The position numbers and the translations under genes were made by a program. The notes under the pieces were generated by a model. That model was not told where the DNA came from. It ran no database searches and saw only the letters and a program-made list of their open reading frames with translations. A stretch of 64,000 nucleotides of DNA from a bacterium (GTDB lineage Bacteria; Myxococcota_A; UBA9160; UBA4427): contig JANSYR010000012.1 in the NCBI GenBank assembly GCA_024742285.1, positions 36,260 to 100,259 on the forward strand, in the 5' to 3' direction. This document shows positions 31,080 through 38,598 of this stretch, in pieces (position 1 is the first letter of the stretch; each line of letters opens with the position of its first letter).

Positions 31080-31123
31080 CTGGTTGGTCCGAGAGGATCG
31101 GGGTTCGACTCCCCACAGCCGGC
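31080..31123 (+). tRNA. Partial tRNA 3' fragment (T-arm CGGGGTTCGACTCCCC plus acceptor 3' strand); possible att-site remnant
   Basis: T-loop consensus GGTTCGACTCC followed by a 7 nt acceptor-like strand; no D or anticodon arm; the preceding 18 nt weakly resemble the antisense of the tRNA-Pro 3' end. Confidence 0.25.
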
Positions 31124-31484
31124 CGGGCATCCGGCCCCAACAGAAGCGCGAGGCCCTCTCGCCCTTCGAGACGTCGACGACGCGCCCCGGCACGTCCGAG
31201 ACGAATCGATCGGCAGCGCGGAGGACGCCCTGAGCGCTGGCCCCTGTGGCGCGCCCGGAGTGTGGACGAAGGGCCGCCGCGATCGACTTCGCCCTTGCGG
31301 CGACGTGTCTCCCGACCCGTCGCCGCGAGAACGCGCGGGTCGACTCGCCGCGACTGCGGGAGAGATGTTCCCGGTGCGCGCAAGCCAGCGACCGCCCCTC
31401 CACGTGGAGGGCCTCGCCGAGGGTTCCCGGGACGCGAACTTCGCGCCCGGAACGAACGAGAGAGAAGGAACGGAGGTAGACGAC

Positions 31485-32636
31485 ATGTGGATGATCAAGA
31501 CCGTCGCCGTCGCCGAGCACGAGCGAGCGCTCCTGTTCCGCGATGGTCGCTTCGAACGGGTCCTGGGCCCGGGCCGACACCGCGTCGTGTCGATCCGCCC
31601 GAGCGCGCGGATTCGCGTCGACGAGTTCGACCTGACCGATCTGGTCTTCGTGCACCCGCTCGCGGACTTCCTCGTGAACACGTACCCGAAGCTTCGGGAG
31701 GACGTGTTCGAGGTCGTCGAGACCGGGGACGCCGAAGTCGCGGTCGTGCGAGCCGATGGCCAGGTCCACGAAGTCGTGGCGCCGGCCTCTCGCCGGATCT
31801 TCTGGCGCGGTGCGTACCGGGTCGACGTCGAGCGCTTCGACATCGCCGAGACCTTCGAGGTCGTGGGCGACGTGGCGAGCCTGATCCGTCAGCTCGCGCT
31901 CGTCGACCGTACGGCCCTCGCCGCAGCGATCAGCTTCGACGAGGTCCCGGAAGGCGAGGTCGGCCTGCTCTTCGTCGACGGTCAGCTCGACCGGGTCCTG
32001 GATCCGGGTCCGCACGCGTTCTGGAAGTTCAACCGGACGCTGCGGGTCTTCCGGGTTCCGACGCGGCTCCAGACCGTCGAGGTCACTGGTCAGGAGATCC
32101 TGTCGAAGGACAAGGTCTCCCTGCGGCTGAACCTGACCGCGAGCTACCGGGTTCGCGATCCGGTCGAGGCCTACCGGGCGACCACGAACTACGGCGACTT
32201 TCTCTACAAGGAGCTGCAGTTCGGTCTGCGCGAGGTGGTCGGAGGGCGAACGCTCGACGAGATCCTCGCCGAAAAGGAAGTGCTCAACGAGGCCATCGAG
32301 GCGCGCGTCCGCGACCGCGTCGTGGACTACGGACTCGATCTCGTGAGCATCGGTGTGAAGGACATCGTCCTCCCCGGTGAGATGAAGGCCATCCTGAATC
32401 AGGTGGTCGAAGCGGAGAAGGTCGCCCAGGCGAACCTGATCCGACGCCGGGAGGAGACCGCGGCGACGCGGTCGCTCCACAACACCGCCCGGATGCTGGA
32501 ACAGAGCCCGCTCCTGGTTCGGCTCAAGGAGCTCGAGGCGCTCGAGAAGGTCACCGAGCGGGTGGGTTCGCTCACCGTTCTGGGTGGTCTCGAGGGCGTG
32601 CTCGACGGACTCGTGAAGATCCGGAAGGACGAGTGA
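31485..32636 (+). CDS. SPFH/band-7 (stomatin/prohibitin/HflC-like) domain protein with an N-terminal partial internal duplication
   Basis: ATG 31485 with GGAGG RBS. C-terminal two-thirds is canonical SPFH (SKDKVSLRLNLTASYRVRDPVEAY...LDEILAEKEVLNEAIEARV...VSIGVKDIVLPGEMKAILNQVVEAEK). The N-terminal ERALLFRDGRFERVLGPGRHRV repeats EVGLLFVDGQLDRVLDPGPHAF. Confidence 0.75.
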   Translation: MWMIKTVAVAEHERALLFRDGRFERVLGPGRHRVVSIRPSARIRVDEFDLTDLVFVHPLADFLVNTYPKLREDVFEVVETGDAEVAVVRADGQVHEVVAPASRRIFWRGAYRVDVERFDIAETFEVVGDVASLIRQLALVDRTALAAAISFDEVPEGEVGLLFVDGQLDRVLDPGPHAFWKFNRTLRVFRVPTRLQTVEVTGQEILSKDKVSLRLNLTASYRVRDPVEAYRATTNYGDFLYKELQFGLREVVGGRTLDEILAEKEVLNEAIEARVRDRVVDYGLDLVSIGVKDIVLPGEMKAILNQVVEAEKVAQANLIRRREETAATRSLHNTARMLEQSPLLVRLKELEALEKVTERVGSLTVLGGLEGVLDGLVKIRKDE

Positions 32637-32688
32637 CGCAGGTCGTTCTCCTTCCTCGGAATCGGGATCGATCGCGGGTCCACCGGAC

Positions 32689-32719
32689 GGCCCGGTCCTG
32701 CTTCGTGCAGGGCCGGGCC
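32689..32719 (+). terminator. Strong hairpin (13 bp stem, UUCGU loop) between the SPFH and PcfJ-like genes; terminator or attenuator-like, no U-tract
   Basis: GGCCCGGTCCTGC-TTCGT-GCAGGGCCGGGCC read from sequence (one G-U pair). Confidence 0.3.
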
Positions 32720-32800
32720 CATTCGGGGCGCAGTCCACGCGCCCCGGAACGAACGATCGATTCGCGCGGAACGTGATCCCGCGCTGGAACGGATGAACAC

Positions 32801-34270
32801 GTGGCCACTCGAGCCCGGGTCGCGGCGCCGCGACCTCCGCAGGAGGTCCCGCTCCGCGTACAGAAGCATTTGCGTCGTCTCGGCCTGTACACCGGTGAGG
32901 ACTACCTCCGCTGGTGCATGCGCCGGGGGTTCGCGGCGTCCTATCGAAAGACCTGGGATGCGCTCGAAGAGGAGTGGTCCGCGCACGGTCGCGAGATCGC
33001 GCAGGCACAGTCTCGTCTCAAGGTCGATCGGGATCCGGCGAAGCTGATCGCACGTGTGTGCGAAGGAAAGCTCCGGCCGCGGGACATCGCGCGGCCCCGC
33101 TGGCGCGCGCTCGCGGAGCGGATCGATGCCCAGCCGATGACCGCGCGGCAGACCCGCGCCCTCCGTCGGCTCGTGGAAGTCGTTCTGAAGCGCGGTCGAC
33201 TCCTCCTCGCGGAGGGGGAGGTCGGTGGCGATCGACTTCCGTATCTCGACGCGCTGATCGTGCTGGCGCAGAACCACCGGCACTGGGTTCGGAAGCCCGT
33301 CGACTGGCACCCGCGCACGCACAACGCCGAACGTCAGCTCGCTTCGCTGATCCGCCATCTGATTGCGAGGTATCCGGTGCCCGCGTTCATGGACGCCGCC
33401 TGGCTTCGGTCCGGCGAAACGGCGCTTGCGTATCGACGGTGGTACCGCGCGATCGGTCGCGGAGAGAATCTGCGTCACCAGGAAGGGCCGATCCCCTGGA
33501 CGAACCGGATCGTGCACTGGTTCCTGAAGGCGCCGGCGCATCTCTCCATCGAGGCGGCCATTCGCTGGGGACAGGTCCGCGCCGAAGGCGGGAACGAAGC
33601 GCTGGCCCGCGCGATCGTCGCGTCCAGGATCGGCCGGAACTTCGAACACGACGCCTTCTGGGTCACGGTGATCCGATTCCTCGTCCTTCACGACTGGATC
33701 CTCCCTCGCGCCGTCGGTCCCATCATCGACTATCTGCACCACCAGAGGTTCGTCGTCGTCGAGGCCTTCGAGGCGCCCGGCGTGCGAGCCCCCGCGCGCC
33801 CCGCGCAGCCCAACCTGACGATGCGAGGCCGGTCTCCCTTCGCACTCCTGCGGGAGGTCGAGCGGTGGCACCGCGACCTGGCCAGGACGCCGACGCGTGG
33901 ACCGATCTCCTGGCCCGGTTCGGGCATCCGCGAGTTCTCCCAGGAAACGGGCATCAAGGGACGCACGCTCCAGGTCTGGCTCATCCGCGAGCTCCGCTCC
34001 GCCGCGGCGCTCCACGCCGAGGGCGCACGCATGCGCCACTGCGTCGCGACCTACGTTCCTGAGTGCCGCGACGGCGACTGCTCCATCTGGACGATGGAGC
34101 GCCACTCCTTCGAAGGCATCGACGCCCGGGTGACGATCGAAGTCAACCGTGAGGGCGAGATCGTCGAAGTGCGCGGCAAGGCGAACCGTGAGCCGTCCGA
34201 GCGGGAGCTCGAGGTGATCCGCTCGTGGGCCGCGCGCGAGCGGCTTCAGCTCGCGCCCATCATCGGCTGA
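32801..34270 (+). CDS. PcfJ-like protein (plasmid/mobile-element-associated family of unknown function)
   Basis: C-terminal LHAEGARMRHCVATYVPECRDGDCSIWTMER matches the EGxxMxHCVxxY signature I recall for the PcfJ-like family (PF14284). GTG start at 32801; start uncertain. Confidence 0.5.
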   Translation: MATRARVAAPRPPQEVPLRVQKHLRRLGLYTGEDYLRWCMRRGFAASYRKTWDALEEEWSAHGREIAQAQSRLKVDRDPAKLIARVCEGKLRPRDIARPRWRALAERIDAQPMTARQTRALRRLVEVVLKRGRLLLAEGEVGGDRLPYLDALIVLAQNHRHWVRKPVDWHPRTHNAERQLASLIRHLIARYPVPAFMDAAWLRSGETALAYRRWYRAIGRGENLRHQEGPIPWTNRIVHWFLKAPAHLSIEAAIRWGQVRAEGGNEALARAIVASRIGRNFEHDAFWVTVIRFLVLHDWILPRAVGPIIDYLHHQRFVVVEAFEAPGVRAPARPAQPNLTMRGRSPFALLREVERWHRDLARTPTRGPISWPGSGIREFSQETGIKGRTLQVWLIRELRSAAALHAEGARMRHCVATYVPECRDGDCSIWTMERHSFEGIDARVTIEVNREGEIVEVRGKANREPSERELEVIRSWAARERLQLAPIIG

Positions 34271-34365
34271 GCCGCTTCGCCGATCGATCGCGACCCCAGG
34301 CGGTGAGCCCGGCTCCGCGTCGGAACCGGGAGGCAGAGCGTCGGGTACCGGACGACCACCCGAGT

Positions 34366-34454
34366 CGCCTGGTCGGGACTTCCGCAGCGAACCCAGCTCG
34401 GTCGCCATGCCGCAATAGAAGCCGCCTGGTCGCGACGTCTGCGACGAACCCAGC
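34366..34454. repeat. Two degenerate direct copies (32 bp each, 57 bp apart) of the 3' terminal region of the adjacent tRNA-Pro
   Basis: R1 CGCCTGGTCGGGACTTCCGCAGCGAACCCAGC (34366-34397) and R2 CGCCTGGTCGCGACGTCTGCGACGAACCCAGC (34423-34454) against the tRNA-Pro 3' end in the same orientation, TGGTCGGGGCGACTGGATTTGAACCAGC. Confidence 0.5.
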
Positions 34455-34475
34455 AGAATGCGGATATCGCAAAAA

Positions 34476-34552
<77 letters not shown>

Positions 34553-34592
34553 ACCGAGCGCCGGAGTATACGGGCTCCGACGCGGCCCTCAA

Positions 34593-34630
34593 GCGCAAAA
34601 GAGCGGCTTTTCGGGCCTGAAACGGCGCTC
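34593..34630 (-). terminator. Rho-independent terminator downstream of rpe (minus strand)
   Basis: Minus-strand GAGCGCC-GUUUCAGGCCCGAAAA-GCCGCUC followed by UUUUGCGCUU. Confidence 0.5.
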
Positions 34631-34682
34631 AGGGGCGTTTCACCGGTGGGCCGCCGGGCCCGTCCGCGCGCCCGCTCGGACG

Positions 34683-35393
34683 CTACTGGACGGCGGCCTG
34701 GGCCTTCTTCCGGAGGTCGTCGATCGCCTTCTTGCGGTCGTCCTCGATGAAGACCGAGGTCCCGGCGACGAAGCTGTTGGCGCCGGCGGCGGCGGCGCTC
34801 GCGATGTTGCTGGCCTTCACGCCGCCGTCGACCTGGAGGTCGATCTCGAGCCCACGCGATTCGATCCAGCCGCGGATCTTCTCGATCTTTGGCAGCATCG
34901 CTTCGATGAACGACTGACCGCCGAAGCCCGGGTTCACGGTCATCACCAGGATCTGGTCCGCCTCGTCGAGGCAGTACTCGACGGCTTCGGCCGGGGTCGA
35001 CGGGTTGAGCACGGCGCAGGATCGGACGGGCGAGGTCCGCTCGCCGTCCTTCATGCGCGCTTCGCCGATCCGGCGGATCTGGCCGAGGGTGCCGTGGAGG
35101 TGGGGGCAGGCTTCGGCGTGGACGCCCAGGATGTCGGCGCCTGCGTCGATGTAGTGCTCGAGATAGGTCTCGGGGGACTCGATCATCAGGTGGACGTCGA
35201 GGGGCGACTTCGCAGCGCCCTTGATCGCCTCGACGACCGGCGGGCCGATCGTCAGGTTCGGCACGAAGTGGCCGTCCATCACGTCGACGTGGACGAGCTC
35301 GGCGCTCTCGATCGTGGCGAGCTCCTTGGCCATGTTGACGAAGTCGGCGGCCAGGATGGACGGCGAGATCTTGATGTCTTTGCGGGTGCTCAA
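34683..35393 (-). CDS. rpe: Ribulose-phosphate 3-epimerase
   Basis: ISPSILAADF...HVDVMDGHFVPNLT...HLM...MTVNPGFGGQ are canonical Rpe motifs. Confidence 0.85.
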   Translation of the reverse strand: MSTRKDIKISPSILAADFVNMAKELATIESAELVHVDVMDGHFVPNLTIGPPVVEAIKGAAKSPLDVHLMIESPETYLEHYIDAGADILGVHAEACPHLHGTLGQIRRIGEARMKDGERTSPVRSCAVLNPSTPAEAVEYCLDEADQILVMTVNPGFGGQSFIEAMLPKIEKIRGWIESRGLEIDLQVDGGVKASNIASAAAAGANSFVAGTSVFIEDDRKKAIDDLRKKAQAAVQ

Positions 35394-35404
35394 GGGCGTC
35401 TCCG

Positions 35405-36877
35405 TCAGTCTTCCTTGCGCGGGTTTCGGATCAGTCGGACGGCGAAGAAGCCGTCCATGTCCCGGGTTCCGTCGAGGTCGGGGCGATTCGGCATGTGGGG
35501 GAGGACGCGGAAGAAGCCGTCCTCGTCGATCAGCTCACGGAGGGCTTCGGGCGCCTCGTCGCGGCCCGCGATCCGCCAGTTCGCGCGGGTCGCCATGAAG
35601 CCCCGGATCACCGCCTCGTTCTCTTCCGGGGTGACCGTGCACGTAGAGTAGACGAGGCTCCCGCCCGGCCTCAATACGGCCGCCGCCGCTTCGAGGATCT
35701 CGCGCTGGACCCGGGCCAGGTCTTCGAGGTCCTCGGGGCGCAGACGCCAACGGGCGTCCGGGTTGCGGCGCATCGAGCCGAGCCCCGAGCAGGGCGCGTC
35801 GATCAGGATCTTGTCGAAGGGCCCACCCTCGGAAGCGAGCTCCTCCATCGGCTTCGTCGCGTCGCGCTCGAGGGTCGCCACGCCGCCCACGCCGAGCCGG
35901 CGGATCCCGCGACCGACCAGGCGCAGCCTGCGCGCGTGGCGATCGAGGGCGAGGACGTGGCCGTCGCCGTCCAGGCGCTCGGCGATCGCCGCGCTCTTGG
36001 TTCCGGGCGCCGCGCACGTGTCGAGGACGCGATCGCCGGGCTGCGGATCGAGCAGCTCGACGACGAGCTGGGAGGCCTCGTCCTGGGGGCTCACCCGCCC
36101 CGCGACGAAGGCGGGGTCCTGGCCGACGTCGCCGCGACGACCCAGGACGATCGCGTCCGGCGAGTATCGTCCTGGGCGCGCGTCGGGGTGGCGTTCGCGC
36201 AGGTCGGCGAGGGCTTCCGCGCGGGGGGTCTTCGTGCGGTTCACGCGAACCGTGACCGGCGCCGGCTCGTTCATCGCGACCGCGAGCTTCGCCGCGTCCT
36301 CCGCGCCGTATTGCTCGAGCCAACGTTCCGCGAGCCACTCGGGCAGGGAGCAGGCGTGGACGAGATGGCCCATCGGGTCGGCCTCGAGGTCCGGGAACGC
36401 GTAGCCCTCGCCCTCGCGCGCCAGGCGTCGTAGCACCGCGTTCACGAAGCCCGTCGCGCGCTCGAGGCCCATCGCGCGCACGCAGCGCACGGCTTCGTCG
36501 ACGGCGGCGTTCGCCGGAATCCGATCCGAGAAGAAGAGTTGGTAGGCGCCGACGCGCAGCGCGCTGATCACGAGGGGCTCGAGCTTCGCGAGGTCCCGGT
36601 CGAGGGCCTGCTGGATCAGGTAGTCGAGACGCCCGCGCCAGCGGAGGGTGCCGTAGACGAGCTCGGTGGCGAGGCCGCGATCCGCCGCGGGCATGCGGCT
36701 CTGGACGAGGGCGTGATGGAGCGCGAGGTCCGCGTAGGCCCCTGCGCGCTGGACGCGTTCGACGACGCGGATCGCGATGAGTCGCGGCGCGGTCGGGCCC
36801 GCGGTCTTCTTCGGCGCGTCCTTCTTGCGTCCGGGCCAGCGCTTTCCGCGACCGCCCTTCTTGCGATCGTCGCTCAC
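35405..36877 (-). CDS. rsmB: 16S rRNA (cytosine967-C5)-methyltransferase RsmB/Sun
   Basis: N-terminal NusB-like region, SAM motif VLDTCAAPGTKS, catalytic DAPCSG...YSTCT; conserved def-fmt-rsmB neighbourhood. Confidence 0.8.
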   Translation of the reverse strand: MSDDRKKGGRGKRWPGRKKDAPKKTAGPTAPRLIAIRVVERVQRAGAYADLALHHALVQSRMPAADRGLATELVYGTLRWRGRLDYLIQQALDRDLAKLEPLVISALRVGAYQLFFSDRIPANAAVDEAVRCVRAMGLERATGFVNAVLRRLAREGEGYAFPDLEADPMGHLVHACSLPEWLAERWLEQYGAEDAAKLAVAMNEPAPVTVRVNRTKTPRAEALADLRERHPDARPGRYSPDAIVLGRRGDVGQDPAFVAGRVSPQDEASQLVVELLDPQPGDRVLDTCAAPGTKSAAIAERLDGDGHVLALDRHARRLRLVGRGIRRLGVGGVATLERDATKPMEELASEGGPFDKILIDAPCSGLGSMRRNPDARWRLRPEDLEDLARVQREILEAAAAVLRPGGSLVYSTCTVTPEENEAVIRGFMATRANWRIAGRDEAPEALRELIDEDGFFRVLPHMPNRPDLDGTRDMDGFFAVRLIRNPRKED

Positions 36878-37875
36878 GAGGCGTCTCCTTCGTCTTCGGT
36901 GGGATGTGGCACGATCGCCAGACGCGCCCCGTCCGGGATCTCGAATCCGCGCAGGAAGTCGGCGACCTCGAGCGGCTTGCCGCCGGGACGCTGCATCACG
37001 CGGGGGACGAGCCAGCCGTCGCCCGTCGCGATCCGGAGCGGCGCAGTCCCATCGCTCGTGTCGAGGGTCCCGGGGATCGCGCCCTCGCCGGTCGCCGGCT
37101 GCGACGACGCGCGCGAGATCTTGAGGAGGACAGGCTCGGCGCCCTCGGCCTCGAGGGTGACGGCGCCCCCCGGCTTCGGGGAGACGGCGTGGATCCGCGC
37201 GACGAGGGCGCGGGCCGGATCGCGGAGGTCGAGGACCGAGTCATGCTTCTCGATCTTCGCCGCCAGGGTCGCCTTCGACGCGTCCTGCTCGGTCCAGGCG
37301 ACGGTCCCCTCGGCGATCTGGTCGAGGGCTTCGCCGATCGCGCTCGCGGCGAGCTCCGCGAGTCGCGTGGTCAGCTCCGCCGCGTTCTCGTCCTCGGCGA
37401 CCGGCGTCTTCGCGACCAGCGCGACGGCTCCGGCGTCCATCTCCTTCTCGACGCGCATGACCGAGATCCCGGTCTCGTCTTCGCCGTCGAGGATCGCCCG
37501 AGCGATGGGCGCCGCGCCGCGGTACTTCGGGAGCAGGCTCGCGTGCGCGTTGATCAGGTAGCCCTCGGTCGGGAGCTCCCGGACCCTCTTGGGGATGAAC
37601 TGGCCGAAGGCCACGACGACGCCCACGTCGGGTCGCAGGGCGTCGAGGGCCGCGACCGTTTCCGCGTCTCCGACCTTCTCGGGGCGCAGCAGGGGCAGGG
37701 CCTCGCGGAGGGCGACCTCGGAGACCGGCGAGGGCGAGCGCTTGCGGCCGCGACCGCGACCGCGGTCCGGCTGGGAGACGATGCCGACGACCTCGTGCGG
37801 CCCGGCGAGCAACGCCTCGAGCGTCGCCACCGCGATGTCCGGGGTGCCGAAGAAGACGACGCGGAGGCGGCGCAT
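36874..37875 (-). CDS. fmt: Methionyl-tRNA formyltransferase
   Basis: RVVFFGTPD...NAHASLLPKYRGAAPI; synteny with def. Confidence 0.85.
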   Translation of the reverse strand: MRRLRVVFFGTPDIAVATLEALLAGPHEVVGIVSQPDRGRGRGRKRSPSPVSEVALREALPLLRPEKVGDAETVAALDALRPDVGVVVAFGQFIPKRVRELPTEGYLINAHASLLPKYRGAAPIARAILDGEDETGISVMRVEKEMDAGAVALVAKTPVAEDENAAELTTRLAELAASAIGEALDQIAEGTVAWTEQDASKATLAAKIEKHDSVLDLRDPARALVARIHAVSPKPGGAVTLEAEGAEPVLLKISRASSQPATGEGAIPGTLDTSDGTAPLRIATGDGWLVPRVMQRPGGKPLEVADFLRGFEIPDGARLAIVPHPTEDEGDAS

Positions 37876-37914
37876 GGCTTCAGGACCGATCTGCCGGGAG
37901 GCGGCGGCGCAAAC

Positions 37915-38433
37915 CTAGGCCTGCTCTTCGGCGAGCTGCTTCTTGCGCTTCTTGACGTAGAGGCTTCGCTTCAATCGGCTGATGCGGTCGATGAAGAGGA
38001 TCCCGTCGAGGTGGTCGTACTCGTGCTGGATGCAGACGGCGCGGAGTCCCTCGGCGTGCTCCTCGATCGGGTTGCCGTCGAGGTCGGTTCCGCGGAGCGT
38101 GATCGTCGCGTCGCGCTCGACCGTCGCCTGGTAGTCCGGGACCGAGAGGCAGCCCTCTTCCCAGGTAATCTTGCCGGCGCGGTCGCTGATCACCGGGTTG
38201 ATCACGACGGTCGGGCTCCGGTCGTTGCCGTCGTCGGTCCAGTCGGTATCGATCACGAACATGCGGACCGAGGCGCCGACCTGGGGGGCGGCGAGACCGA
38301 TCCCGGGCTCGTCGTACATCACGTCGATCATGTCGCGGGCCAGCTCGCGGATCTCGTCGGTCACTTCGGTGATCGGCTCGGAGACCTTCTTGAGGCGCGG
38401 GTCGGGAAACTGGACGACTTCTCGGAGGGCCAT
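37915..38433 (-). CDS. def: Peptide deformylase
   Basis: GIGLAAPQVG, EGCLS, HEYDHLDG metal-binding motifs. Start at MALREVVQFPDPRL, not the upstream extension. Confidence 0.85.
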   Translation of the reverse strand: MALREVVQFPDPRLKKVSEPITEVTDEIRELARDMIDVMYDEPGIGLAAPQVGASVRMFVIDTDWTDDGNDRSPTVVINPVISDRAGKITWEEGCLSVPDYQATVERDATITLRGTDLDGNPIEEHAEGLRAVCIQHEYDHLDGILFIDRISRLKRSLYVKKRKKQLAEEQA

Positions 38434-38598
38434 GGGTCGCTCGTGTGGGTCCTGTGGAAAGAGGGGGACGGGCGGCGCGGCGGGTCGCCCGTAGCCTATC
38501 GGCCGTTCCGGGAAAGGCGCGGAAACGGGCGCGGAGAGGGCGCTCGCGGATCGGCTGCCTGGCCGCAACTCCGCGGTTCCGCTGCGAAAACGGCGGCT

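Noticed and set aside
30745-31123. tmRNA (ssrA) hypothesis for the tRNA-like cluster spanning about 380 nt
   Set aside because: No 5' GGGG...GAUUCGACGGG tRNA-like-domain pairing and no tag-peptide reading frame ending in ALAA-stop. The T-arm motifs belong to three separate partial cloverleaves, not to one split tRNA-like domain.
34366-34454. CRISPR array or coding tandem repeat (the ORF translations show ATRRL/PTRRL repeats)
   Set aside because: There are only two degenerate copies with no regular spacer architecture, and they align to the adjacent tRNA-Pro 3' end. The protein repeats come from reading non-coding DNA in frame.
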